Assembly (NCBI GenBank): GCA_963781585.1 | Contig: CAWAGQ010000005.1 | Span: 128,001-192,000 of the forward strand | Source: an uncultured Gemmatimonadaceae bacterium | GTDB taxonomy: Bacteria > Gemmatimonadota > Gemmatimonadetes > Gemmatimonadales > Gemmatimonadaceae | Direction: 5' to 3' | DNA length: 64,000 bases | In this document: piece by piece, positions 17,736 to 29,329 of the stretch | Layout of the letters: each line of letters begins with the position of its first letter | Numbering within the stretch: position 1 is the first letter of the stretch | Translations under genes and position numbers: made by a program | The notes under the pieces: generated by a model | Databases searched by the model: none | What the model saw: the letters and a program-made list of their open reading frames with translations, nothing else | Told to the model about the DNA's origin: nothing

Positions 17736-17768
17736 GGCGGCGGTCTGATAGCTGAGCGCCGTTCCTGT

Positions 17769-17803
17769 ACCGCCCCGGCCCCCGTTGCGGGAACCGGGGC
17801 GGT
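17769..17803. terminator. GC-rich hairpin downstream of the LytTR gene
   Basis: accgccccgg..ccggggcggt stem; no clear U-tract. Confidence 0.45.
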
Positions 17804-17833
17804 CAAGACCCCCGAACGGCAACCGGCCGGCGA

Positions 17834-18376
17834 CTACGACGCCAGCAGCTTCCGAATTTCTGGAACCCGGTTCCGGAAATTCCGCGACAGCGTCAATCGC
17901 TCGCCGTTCCGCGTGATGATCGTGAAATCACCGGTGCGGCGCGAATGCAGCTCGCGCACCACGTCGACGTTCACGATCACCGAGCGATGGATCCGCACGA
18001 ACCGGCTCGGGTCGAGGCGCGCTTCGAACGACGTCAGCGTCCCGCGCACGGTGTGCACGGAGTCGACGCCGACTTCGCCGCTCACCGCCTCGCGAAGGTG
18101 AAAGCGCACGTAGTTCCCGTACGCTTCCAGCCAGGCGACCTCACTGGTGTCGAGAAACAGGATCCGGTTGCGCGAGCGGACCGCGATCCGCTCGATGGGG
18201 GCGCCTTCCCGCTCCGCGGGGGAAGACTCGGGCATTGCCGTGAGCACGGCACCCCGACCATTCGGTTCGTTCACCAGCGACAGCGGCACCCGGACTTCGT
18301 ACTCGCCCGTGACTGTCGCTATCCCACCGGCCCTCACATACGGAGCTCCAGACATCGACCGACCATTCAGGCTCAT
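17834..18376 (-). CDS. Stand-alone LytTR DNA-binding domain protein
   Basis: AGGAGG RBS; WLEAYGNYV, LDPSRFVRIHRSVIVN and LTLSRNFR; no receiver domain. Confidence 0.9.
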   Translation of the reverse strand: MSLNGRSMSGAPYVRAGGIATVTGEYEVRVPLSLVNEPNGRGAVLTAMPESSPAEREGAPIERIAVRSRNRILFLDTSEVAWLEAYGNYVRFHLREAVSGEVGVDSVHTVRGTLTSFEARLDPSRFVRIHRSVIVNVDVVRELHSRRTGDFTIITRNGERLTLSRNFRNRVPEIRKLLAS

Positions 18377-18673
18377 GAGTCCTCCTAACGAGTAGTGGGG
18401 TGCGACGTAGCGGAACGGGCTGTCCCATTCCGGTGATGTACCCTCCCGGCACGGACGCGGGTCCGAGGCCGGTGAGGGCAAAGAGAGGATGTGTGCGCGG
18501 ATGAAAAGTCATGGGCGAACGGTTCGACCCATTCACGATAACTCCAATCAGTCGCGTGGCGAGCGCCGGGGGGGAGGGCGCGCACCGTCACAACCGTCGG
18601 ACGGACTTCGGCTGGGGCGAAACGACGCACCCCTCGTTCGGGACCGAAATCCTGCAGCCGAAGATTGTGCAAT

Positions 18674-21600
18674 CTATCGCAAAATGTCCACCAGTTGACG
18701 CTCCGCCGCCTCCAGCGCCGAGCGCACCTGAGCCAGCTGCGCCCGCTGGGTACTGGTCGGCGGATACAGGCTCCCTTGCTGCTCACCACTCCCGTTGAAG
18801 GCGTTGGCAATGCCGCCGAGCCGCCCCGCTGCACCACCGCGTCCCCCAGCCACTGCCCGGGCCACACTCGTTAGGCGTTGGAGTGCCGAGTCGGCGGCAG
18901 CCCGCTCGGCGCTCCCCTCGGCCGCCGCGTCACGGCGCGCCGCCGCGTCGCGGCTCGCGGTCGCCACCCGTCGGCTGAAGGCCTGCAGCCGCTGCTGCAG
19001 CGCGGCATACATCCAGCAGGAAGGTCTCCCGTTCCTTGTACTGCGCCAGCGTGAGCGGCAGCAGCGGATCGGGCGCCGACCCGCACCGACGTGCGCGCCT
19101 GCGCTCCGTCGGCCGTCAGCGTAATGGTGTACGTCCCGGGCGACACGAAGGGACCGCGGGGACCGATGTCGTGCGGCAGCGCCGCGCGCTGCTCTGCAGC
19201 CAGGCGTGCTGCTTCCGGATCGGCCGCCCCACGCCCGCCCCCGCCCCCGCCCCCGCCACGTCCACCCCGGCCACCACGCCCTCCTCCCACCGCGACGTCG
19301 GCGCCAGCCGCTCCACCCGTCTCTTCTGCCGTAACGAATCCACCGCCGAATCCCGCCGCAGCCGGTGGCTCATGACGCAGATCCCAGTTCACCCGCAGCA
19401 GCGTTCCCGCGACTCCGCGTCCCGTGAGCGTTCGCACCACCTTCCCATTGGCGTCGCTGATCGTCACCGAAACCGACTTCGCCGGCTCCTTGAGTACGTA
19501 CGTGATCAGCGCTCCCTCGGCCGGATTCTCGGCGGCGTACTCGCCCTGCCCCCAGTTGGAATAGTCCGCCCAGTACTGCATGAGCGTGGCGGCACGCACC
19601 GGGAAAAGATGGACCCGTTCCGCGGCCACCGCGTTGGACCAGGCCGCGAGCGGACTCGCGTCGTCAAGAATCCAGATGCTCCGCCCGTGCGTCCCCAGAA
19701 TCAGGTCCTTCGTGCGCGGATGAACCAGGATGTCATCGTAGCGCGTGGTCGGCAGATTGCCCGTGAGCTTCGCCCACGACTTCGCCGTGTCGGTCGACAC
19801 GTACAGGCCGAACTCCGTGCCAGCGAACACCACCCGCGGCTGACCCGGGTATTCGCGAACCGAACGCACCGACTGCGCCTCGGGCAGGCCCGCAATGACT
19901 TTCTTCCACGTGCGCCCGAAGTCCGTGGTGCGGAAGATGTACGGCGCGAAGTCACCCGACCGGTGCCCGTCGAACGACGCATACGCCACGCCGCGACCGG
20001 CCGACGACCCCGCCACGCGGCTCAGGCTCGTCCCGTCAGGCACACCGCTGACGTTGTGCGAGACCTCGGTCCAGGTCGCGCCGCCGTCGCGCGACACCTG
20101 CACGTTGCCATCATCGGTGCCCACCCACACGATCTGCCCATCCAGCGGCGACTCGGCGATCGTCGTGATCTCGCTGAAAGAGGACTCCCCATCGTTCTTC
20201 GACAGCATCGCCTCGCGACCGGACACCCCCATGATGCTGAGCGTATCGCGATTCACGCGCCGCGTGAGGTCCTTCGTTGGCGTCCAGCTGGAACCGTGGT
20301 CGTGTGAGATGAACAACCGGTTGCCACCCGCATACACCACGCCCTTCGTGTGGCGTGAGGCGAGGATCGGCGCCGCCCAGTCGAATCGATAGGCGGAATC
20401 GCCGAGCGCCGGCGTGGGCTTGATGTCGAGACGATCGCCGGTCTCGATGTCGACGCGCTGGAGATTCTGCTCGTCGCTGTTGCTGTACACCCACCGCGGC
20501 ATGAACGGATCGGGCTGCTGATAGACGCCGTCGCTGAATCCGATCTGCTTCCAATCGGTGTTCACGATGCCGAGCCAGTGCCGTGTGGCGCTGGGTCCCA
20601 TCCACGAGTGGTTGTCCTGCATCCCGCCGTACACCCGGTAGGGATCCCGGTCGTCGGCGCCGATCGCGTAGAACTGCCCGATCGGAATGTTGTTCAGCCG
20701 GATGAAGCTGTTGGCCGCATCCCAGGATTCGAACAGGCCGCCGTCGCCTCCGAGGTAGAGGTGCTCCGGGTTCGTCGGATCGATCCACAACGCGTGGTGG
20801 TCGGTCTTGAGCCCCACGTCGTACGTCGGCTGGGTGGGGGAATTCCGGAAGGTGCGGCCGCCATCGTCGCTGATCTGGACGCCGTTGCCGAGGATGTACA
20901 CACGCGCATCGTTGGTCGGGTCGATGAAGATCGCGCTGTAATACATCGGCCGGGGATTGACCCGGCTTACCCGGGTCCAGCTCTCGCCCCCGTTGTCGGT
21001 GCGATACGTGCCCGTCTCGGTGGCGTGCTCGATGGTGGCGAGGATATAGTTGCTGTTGGTCGCCGAGATCGCGAGACCGATGCGCCCCTTGTCACCCGGC
21101 GGGATCCCGTTGGTGAGACGATGCCAGGTGGCGCCGCCGTCGGTGGTCTTGTAGATCCCGCTTCCCGGTCCGCCGCCGTTGAATCCCCACGGTGTGCGCA
21201 ACCGCTGGTAGGTGGCGGCGATGAGCGTGTTGGGATTGTTCGGGTCCATCACCAGATCGGTCACGCCGGTGAGCGTGTCGACGAACAGGGACTTCGTCCA
21301 CGTGCGTCCGCCATCGGTGGTCTTGAAGACACCGCGTTCCGCACTCGGCTTCCAGAGATTTCCCAGCGCCGCGACGTACGCGACGTTGGGATCGGATGGG
21401 TGCAGCCGGATCCGGCCGATCGCACGCGTCTGTTCGAGGCCGACATGCGTCCAGGTGTTGCCGCCGTCGGTGGAGCGGTACACGCCATCGCCCCACGACG
21501 AGCTCTGTCGATTGTTCTGTTCTCCGGTGCCGACCCAGACGACGTTCGGGTCGCGGGGAAAGATCGCCACGACTCCGAACGTGGCCGTTCCCTCATGATC

Positions 21601-21849
21601 GAAGACGGGGGTCCAGGTCGTTCCCTTGTTGGTGGATTTCCATACTCCGCCTGACGCCGCGGCGATGTAGACCGTCGATGGATCCTTCGGGAGTGCCTCG
21701 ATGTCGTGGATGCGGCCGCCGAGTGCCGCGGGGCCGATGGATCGGAAATGGAGCGAGTCGAACAGTGCTTGTGCGCCGGCCTGGCGAGTGCCGGCCAGGC
21801 CGATACTCAGCGCGAGTATTGCGCGGATGCGAAACGTGGCAGGACTCAT
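18674..21849 (-). CDS. VPS10/BNR (Asp-box) repeat beta-propeller, glycosyl-hydrolase-like, exported; frameshifts near 19070 and 19010
   Basis: FRSIGPA..GGRI, many S/T-x-D-G-G-x-T-W boxes, GGMQDN; C-terminus continues in ORF 18674..19012. Confidence 0.92.
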
Positions 21850-21939
21850 CTGTGCGAGAGGAAAAGGAGGGGTGGGGTCCTTGACGCTCGAAGACGTGTC
21901 GGGGGGGGCGGGGCCGTGGTGCCGGAGATAGCACGAATT

Positions 21940-22065
21940 AAGGCCACAGGCCAGAGGTCACAGGCCATAGGCAAAGGCCAAAGGCCAAAGGGCCAGAGGC
22001 CAAAGGGCCAGAGGCCAGAGGCCAGAGGCCAAAGGCCAAAGGCCAAAGGCCAAAGGCCAAAGGCC
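21940..22065. repeat. Degenerate heptamer tandem array (GGCCAAA/GGCCAGA)n
   Basis: Read directly. Confidence 0.95.
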
Positions 22066-22067
22066 GA

Positions 22068-23426
22068 TCAAGGTGCGATCGTCGACGCCGCGCGCCTTAC
22101 CAGCCACCATCCGACCACCCCGGCGATGGTCGACGCCACGATCACGCCCGCCTTGGCGGCATCGAGCATCCGCCCCTCGCCGAAGGCCAGGTCGCCCACG
22201 AACAACGACATCGTGAACCCGATCCCGCCCAGCCACGCCGCCCCGTGCAGCATCGGCCAGCTCACCCTTTCGGGCAGACGGGCCAGACCGGTGCGCGTCG
22301 CCAGCCAGCTGAACGTCAGGATCCCGAGGGGCTTGCCCACCACCAGGCCAAGGCCGGCGCCTAACGTGACACGACTGGTGAGCAGTTCGCCGACCCCCGT
22401 CAGGGCGACACCGGCATTGGCGACCGCGAACAGCGGCATGATCACGTATGACACCACCCCGTACAGCGCATGCTCGAGCCGCAGCAGCGACCCCTGCACG
22501 CTCTCGCTGGCGATGCGCAGGGCGTGAATGGCTTCCTGCTGCCCCTTGCTGGTGAGCACCAGCAGGTCCCCCGTCTCGGAGCGATCGAATCCGTCCATCA
22601 GACGACGCACGCGCGCCGAGAATTCGGCCGCGTTGATCTCGGTGCGGGTCGGGATGGTGAGGGCGAGCAGCACGCCGGCGATGGTGGCGTGCACGCCCGA
22701 CGACAGCAGGGCGAGCCAGAGCCCGACTCCCACCAGCAGGTAGGGAGCCAACGGACGCACCCCGAAGGCATTGAAGGCGACCAGGGCGGCCATCGCCACG
22801 GCGGCGGCGCCGAGGGAGATCCACTGAATGGCCGCTGTGTAGAAGACGGCAATCACCAGCACGGCGCCCATGTCGTCCACGATCGCCAGCGCGGTGAGAA
22901 AGACCTTGAGTCCGACCGGCACCCGCGCCGAGAGAATGGCCAGCACGCCGAGCGCGAAGGCGATATCGGTGGCCATCGGGATGCCCCACCCAGCCGCCCC
23001 CGCTGCCCCCGCGTTGACCAGCGCGTACAGCAGGGCCGGGATCAGCATCCCGCCTAACGCGGCGGCGATCGGCAACGCCGCCTGGCGCCGGGACGACAGC
23101 TCCCCCACCAGGAGTTCGCGCTTGATCTCGAGCCCCATCAGCAGGAAGAAGACGGCCATCAGGCCGTCATTGATCCAGTGACGCAGTGTGCCGGTGAACG
23201 GGTTCCGCACCGGTCCGATCGCAAGCTGCGCGTCCCAGAGGCGGAAGTAGTCGTCACGCCAGGGCGAATTCGCCCACGCCAGGGCCAGCGCGGTGCAGAC
23301 GAGCAGCAGCACGCCGCTGGTAGCCCCGACGCGGGTGAATTCCTGGAACGGTCGCAGGGCATTCATCAGCAGCCGCGCGGGCATGCGCGGCTCGGGCCCT
23401 CTCTCTGGCTCCGCCATGCACGGCAA
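22068..23426 (-). CDS. nhaA: Na+/H+ antiporter NhaA
   Basis: WINDGLMAVFF, GLEIKRE, GWGIPMATDIAF, LAIVDD, GKPLGI and GIGFTMSLF. Confidence 0.96.
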   Translation of the reverse strand: MPCMAEPERGPEPRMPARLLMNALRPFQEFTRVGATSGVLLLVCTALALAWANSPWRDDYFRLWDAQLAIGPVRNPFTGTLRHWINDGLMAVFFLLMGLEIKRELLVGELSSRRQAALPIAAALGGMLIPALLYALVNAGAAGAAGWGIPMATDIAFALGVLAILSARVPVGLKVFLTALAIVDDMGAVLVIAVFYTAAIQWISLGAAAVAMAALVAFNAFGVRPLAPYLLVGVGLWLALLSSGVHATIAGVLLALTIPTRTEINAAEFSARVRRLMDGFDRSETGDLLVLTSKGQQEAIHALRIASESVQGSLLRLEHALYGVVSYVIMPLFAVANAGVALTGVGELLTSRVTLGAGLGLVVGKPLGILTFSWLATRTGLARLPERVSWPMLHGAAWLGGIGFTMSLFVGDLAFGEGRMLDAAKAGVIVASTIAGVVGWWLVRRAASTIAP

Positions 23427-23525
23427 CCTATCGACGCGGCACCGGCGGGTGAATCACGCGACCCGCCGCCGGCGATACACCCACCGGTCAGCCCCGGGTG
23501 AGCCGCCCCATTGCGGCGGGATTGG

Positions 23526-23612
23526 AAATTGGGGTCAGACTCGAATTACGGCCGTTGAAATGGGGGTCAGATTCGAATAGCGGTGCGGTCGCCAACTCGA
23601 ATCTGACCCCCA
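23526..23612. repeat. REP-like cluster: two direct and one inverted copy of AAATTGGGGTCAGAYTCGAAT
   Basis: Copies at 23526, 23558 and inverted 23594-23612; same motif at 47419-47483. Confidence 0.85.
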
Positions 23613-23651
23613 TGCATCCCTCGCGCCGACCGTCGCCGGACTCGCGGCGTG

Positions 23652-24191
23652 TCACGAGTCCTTCGCCGGTTCTCCCCTGGGCGCCTTTGTGCTCGACGCT
23701 GCCCGACGATCAGCGGTCAGAAAGTCGAGGTCGAACACATCGCCCTGATACATCGCTTTCTCGCTCGCGGGGGCGCCGCCGAACCACCGGATCAGTGTCA
23801 CCTCGAATTCCAGCGACGGATGGTCGTGTGGCAGCTTGGGCATCTCGCGGAGGCTGCTGCGGGTGAGCGTAGGGAGGAGCACGATGTCGTCCTTGGCATC
23901 GATTCTTGCTCGTCCCACGGGCACCAGGACATCCCAGGCGATGGTCACGTCCGGGCCGACGGCCTTCGGATCGATCTTCACGTCGATGTAGCGCAGTTCG
24001 TGTGCCGACCGGTCCATGAACAGGCGGTCTACCTTCCCGATCTCCGTCCCGTCGCTCGACCGGACCCTCCAGCCTCGCACATCAGGCGCGTCGTGCAGCC
24101 GAACGTCCTTCATGTCGCGCAGGGGCGCCACATTCGAGGAGGAAGACGATTCGGCCTGAGGGGTGTTCGTCGTTCGGGGGTTCTGGGTCAT
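23652..24191 (-). CDS. PRC-barrel domain protein
   Basis: PDVRGWRVRSSDGTEIGKVDRLFMD..RYIDV..VLVPVG. Confidence 0.85.
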   Translation of the reverse strand: MTQNPRTTNTPQAESSSSSNVAPLRDMKDVRLHDAPDVRGWRVRSSDGTEIGKVDRLFMDRSAHELRYIDVKIDPKAVGPDVTIAWDVLVPVGRARIDAKDDIVLLPTLTRSSLREMPKLPHDHPSLEFEVTLIRWFGGAPASEKAMYQGDVFDLDFLTADRRAASSTKAPRGEPAKDS

Positions 24192-24644
24192 CGCGGATCT
24201 CCTTCCTGGCAAGGTTCGTCAGGGTTGGCCAAAGGCCGAAGGCCAGCGGACGTCTCTCCCTTCCCCTCGGAGAGTGGCAGCGCGTGCTGCGGTGCAGCGA
24301 CCGCGACTCGCGGAGAGCGCTGCGACAGGCCTCCGTCGGGGCCATCGCTCGGATAGGTCTTCTTTGGACAGTACCTCGCTTGCACACCAATGTCAACACA
24401 TTTGCCAACAACGAGTTAGCATGTCATTGACGAGGCCGGCGCGCCAGCGGATGAGCCAGGTGGGAATTCGTTGGCGTCTCTGCAGCCACCGGTGTGGCGC
24501 ACGCCAGTACGCACGCAGGTCCCGCCTGCCTTTGCCAGGTCCTCCGATTGGATCTCATCGATCTTGATGATCGGTGATCCCACCGATAACGTCGCCTTGC
24601 TCGTGACACCCCCGATCCCGTTGAATTCCGTCGGAGACTTCTGC

Positions 24645-26107
24645 ATGCGAAGATCCTCTCTCGCCACGCGGCTGATTGCCGCCGCGCTGACCTCGCTCGC
24701 GCCCCCCGTCCTGCTCGCCCAGAGCATGTCGGTGGACATCGAGAGCGGGACGTGGGCGCTCACCAACGCGCGGATCGAGACCGTCACCAAGGGCACGATC
24801 GCCAAGGGCACCATCGTCATTCGCAACGGCGTGATCGATGCGGTCGGTGCCAACGTCACGCCACCGCCGGACGCGAGGGTCATGGATCTCTCCGGCAAGA
24901 CGGTCTATCCCGGGTTCATCGATCTCACGTCGACGATGGGGCTGACAACGGAGGCGCCGGCCGGTGGACGGGGTGGCCGCGGGGGGGGCGGGTTGAACCT
25001 CCCTCCCGGTGTGACCCCCGAGATGGTGGCGGCCTTTCTCGGCCAGGCACCAACTCAGCAGGAAGGGCCCGCGGAATGTGGGGCTCGAGCCGGGACGCGA
25101 CGTGGCCAGCGAGATCAATCCGTCGGCGACCGACGTGCGCGCGGCCCGTGATCAGGGAGTGACCGCGGTGCTGGTGGCGCCCGGTCGCGGCCTTTTCCGT
25201 GGCCGGTCGGCGCTGGTCCCGATGCGCGACGACACCGCGGCGCACTGGATCGTGAAGTCGCCGGTGTCGCTGAACGTGGGCTACCAGGGCGTACCCGGCC
25301 AGTACCCGGGGACGCTGCTGGGTGTGATCGCCTATCAGCGGCAGGCGCTGTACGACGCCCAGCCGTCACGCGATGGTCGTGGACCGCTACAAGGCGGACC
25401 CGCGCGGGATGCCGAGGGAGGAATACAATCCCGACCTCGACGCGCTGGTACCGGTGGTGCGTGGCGAGCTGCCGATGTTCATCGCGGCGAGCAACGAGAA
25501 CGAGATCCGCCGGGCGCTGGCCCTGGCGAAGGAGTTCGACGTCAAGGTGACGGTGGTGGGTGCCACCGAGGGATTCGAGGCGATCGATGCGCTCAAGTCG
25601 GCGCGGCCGCCGGTGGTCTCGGTGAACTTTCCCGATGCCGCAGCAGGTGACGGGCTGGGACTACGCGTTCGCCACGCGACCGGGCTTCGCGATGGACAGC
25701 GCGGCGCGGGTGGCAGCGGTCCGGAAGGACGTCGAAGGAAACCCCGCGGCCCTCAACGCGGCCGGCATCAGAGTTCGCGCTCGCCTCGGGCGGGCTCGCG
25801 CCTAACGTCTTCATGGCCAACGTGAAGAAGGCGATCGCCGCCGGCCTGCCGCGCCAGACGGCGCTCGAGGCGCTGACCATCCGTGCCGCCGAGATCGCGG
25901 GCGTGGACCAGCAGCTCGGCAGCATCGAGCCCGGCAAGATCGCGGACCTGGTGATCACCGAGGGCGACGCTGACCGACGGCGGGCACGTCCGCACCGTCT
26001 TCGTGGACGGCGACGACTACGCCGTGGTGCCGGCGCCGCCGGCCGGCGGTCGGGGCGGCCGCGCCGGTGGCAATTCCACACCTCCGAATCCACAGGAGAA
26101 GCCATGA
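24645..26107 (+). CDS. Exported amidohydrolase-family protein 1 (no HxH); several frameshifts
   Basis: TIVIRNGVIDAVG, DLSGKTVYPGFID and ALEALTIRAAEIAGV..GSIEPGKIADLVI across ORFs 24471, 25078, 25373 and 25813. Confidence 0.85.
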
Positions 26108-26117
26108 CGCCGATGGC

Positions 26118-27549
26118 ATGACTGACGGCCGGGGCGGCGTCCGTTGGGGGCGGCGCCCGATCGTTTCGTTTCACCGCCGGCGCCCTGGCGGCAGCGTTCC
26201 TCGTTCGGCGCGTCGGTCGGAGGGGCGCAGGATGCGCCACAGGCGACCGGCGGCTTCGATCCGCTGACGCTGCCGGTACCGCCGGCCGGGACGCTGGTGG
26301 CGATCACCCACGCCAACATCATGACGGCGAGCCACGGCAACATCATGAACGGCACGATCCTGATCCGGAACGGCAAGATCGCCGAGGTCGGGACCAACGT
26401 GCAGGTGCCGGCGGGCGCGAAGATCATCGACGCCACGAACAAGTGGGTCACGCCGGGCATCATCGACGAGCACTCGCACAGCGGCCCCGAGGCGATCAAC
26501 GAGGGGACGCAGTCGATCACCGCCGAGGTGCGCATCGGTGACGTGCTCAAGGAGGACGGCATCTCCTTCTACCGCCAGCTGGCCGGCGGCACGACGACCA
26601 TCAACGTGCTCCACGGTTCGGCCAACACCATCGGCGGCCAGAACCAGGTGATCAAGCTGCGGTTCGGGCTCCCGGTGGACAGCATGCGGCTTCCAGGGCG
26701 CGCCCCCGGGCATCAAGTTCGCGTTAGGCGAGAACGTGCGGCAGACCACCGCGCGCCGACACCACGCGCTATCCGCGCTCCCGCATGGGCCAGGAGGACG
26801 TGCTGCGCGAGGCCTTCACCCGCGCCCGCGAGTACCAGCACGAGTGGCAGGCCTACGACAAGGTCAAGGCCGATTACGACAAGAGCAAGAAGGGCGCGGC
26901 GCCCATTCCGCCCCACCGGGACCTCGAGCTCGACGCCCTGGTGGAGGTGCTCGAGGGGAAGCGGCTGGTCCACGCCCACTCCTACCGGGCCGACGAGATC
27001 CTGATGCTGCTCCGGGTCGCCAAGGACTTCGGGTTCCGGGTCGCCTCGCTGCAGCACGTGCTCGAGGGCTACAAGATCGCCGACGAGATCGCGGCCGCCG
27101 GCACCGGCGCGAGCACGTTCGCCGACATGTGGGGCTACAAGGCCGAGGCGTGGGACGCCATTCCGTACAACGCGGCCCTGATGGCCGAGCGTGGCGTGAA
27201 CGTGACCATCAACTCCGACTCCGACGAGCGGGCCCGCCGGCTGTATCAGGAGGCGGCCAAGGCGATGCGGTTCGGCGGCGCGTCGGAAGAGACGGCGCTC
27301 CGCATGATCACCCTCAACGCCGCGATCCAGCTCGGCATCGACAAGATGGTCGGCTCCATCGACGTGGGGAAAGACGCCGACATCGCGATCTTCAACGCGC
27401 ATCCGTTCTCGCCGGTGGCGCGGGTGGACATGACGCTCATCGACGGCCGGGTCTTCTTCGACCGCAACACCGCACCGACCCTCGAGTGGCTGATGCAGCA
27501 GATGAAGGCGAAGGGCAAGATCGCTTCCGACGGGGAGGGGGGGCGATGA
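26118..27549 (+). CDS. Exported amidohydrolase-family protein 2 (metal ligands present); frameshifts near the start and at 26690-26760
   Basis: PGIIDEHSH, HAHSYRADE, QHVLEGYK, INSDS and GSIDVGKDAD. Confidence 0.9.
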
Positions 27550-28935
27550 AGGCCACAGGTCAGAGGTCGCAGGTCAGCGGCCGTAGTCGGGGTGCCGTGG
27601 GGTCCATGCGTCTGGCCGCGCTCCTGCTCGTGGCCTGGTTCGCGTCGCCGGCGGTGCGCACGCAGGGGCCGGTCGTCATTCGCAATGCGACCGTGATCCC
27701 GGTTACCGGACCGCGGATGCAGGACGCGATCGGTGGTGATGCAGGACGGCAAGATCTCCGCGGTGGGGCCAACGTGCAGCGCGCCGGCCGGTGCGCAGGT
27801 CATCGACGCCACCGGGATGTTCGTCTATCCGGGCCTGATCAACGCCGGTACCAATCTGGGATTGGTGGAGATGGGCGGCGTGCCGGGCCCGATGGACACG
27901 CGCGAGCTGGGCGACTTCAATCCGCAGGATCTGGTGATGACGGCGGTGAACGCGCAGTCGGAGCACATCGCCATCACCCGGGCGAACGGCATCACCAGCG
28001 CGGTCGCGGTGGCCGGCGGCTCGGTGATGTCGGGCATCGCCGCCCTGATCAATCTGTACGGCTATACCAACCGCGACATGATCGCGAAGGAGAAGCTCGC
28101 GCTCCTCCTCTCGTGGCCTAACGTCGGCGGCGGCGGCGGGCGCGGACGTGGCGGGCGGGGAGGCCGGTTCGGGGGCTCCGGCGCGGGCGGGAGCGCGGCG
28201 AGCGAATGGCCGCCTACCAGCGATCAGGTGCGCCAGATCTACGACTGGTTCAATGATGCCAAGGCGTATGCCGACGTGAAGTCACGCCTCTCGGCCAACG
28301 GGGCGCAGCTTCCGATCTCGTTCCACGAGAACCTGCAATACGATGCCATGACGCCGGCGATCCGTGGCCAGATGCCGGTCCTGGTGGATGCCAATACCGT
28401 GGAGCAGATGCGCGACGTGATCAGGTTCGCGGACAGCATGAACGTGAAGGTCATCATCCACGGCGCGCGACGAAGGGTGGAAGTATCGCGGACACGCTGG
28501 CCGATGAAGCACATTCCCGTGGTCGTGCCGCCGCTCACGTCCGAGCCGCCGAGTGAGGACCGTATACGACGAGGTGTACGCCAATCCGGGCGTCATGGCG
28601 AAGGCCGGCGTGATGCTCGCCTTCGAGACCGGCGGCGCATCGAGCGCGCGTGACCTGCCTTACGAGGTGGGGCTCGCCGAAGCGTACGGACTCGATCCGG
28701 AAGAGGCGCTGAAGGGGATCACCATCAACCCGGCGAAGATGTTCGGCGTGGACAACGAGTACGGATCGATCGAGGTCGGGAAAGTGGCGAACGTGATCGT
28801 GACGACGGGTGATCCGATCGACATCCGCACGCTGATCAAGCAGATCTTCATTCGCGGGCAGCGCTGCAGTTCGACGACCGGCATACGCTGGAATACGAGA
28901 AGTTCCGGGCGCGGCCGAAGCCGAAGAAGCCGTAA
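27546..28935 (+). CDS. Exported amidohydrolase-family protein 3 (no HxH); several frameshifts
   Basis: ATGA overlap with gene 2; IDATGMFVYPGLIN and ALKGITINPAKMFGV..GSIEVGKVANVIV. Confidence 0.85.
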
Positions 28936-28985
28936 CCGCAGAGACAGCACGCGAAGCACCGAAGCAGGGTTGGTATCGCGTGTTC

Positions 28986-29024
28986 GAGGGCCTTCCGGTT
29001 CGCACGACGAACCGGAGGGCCCTC
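28986..29024. terminator. Strong hairpin after the amidohydrolase operon
   Basis: gagggccttccggttcg-cacga-cgaaccggagggccctc. Confidence 0.65.
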
Positions 29025-29329
29025 ACCGTTGTGGTCCGGAATGAGCTGTGCGCTTGGTGCCTCGGTCCTTGGCGTGATTCGTTTCATCAACCGCGGAGGA
29101 CGCAGCGAGGAAAGGGTGACGGCGTGAGGCGCAGACTCCGTGGTAAGCGGCTCCGCGTGCTTGAGGACCGCTCCCCAGGATCACGGAAGCACCGCGAACG
29201 CCGCCACCAGCCCCCTTCCCAGACACGTGCCCTCCGCCAATTTCCCTGCATCCCGCGGAGCCGCACCACGCCGCTGCTTCCGCGGTCCGGCCGCCCCTCG
29301 TCTTTCCCGCACTTACCGTGGAGCACGGA

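Noticed and set aside
23652..24191. PRC-barrel gene as evidence of phototrophy (puhA)
   Set aside because: PRC barrels are widespread; there is no N-terminal TM helix and no puf or bch genes.
24391..24431. Operator-like TGTCAACA/TGCCAACA repeats upstream of the amidohydrolase operon
   Set aside because: Short, found at a single locus and with no candidate regulator; could be chance.
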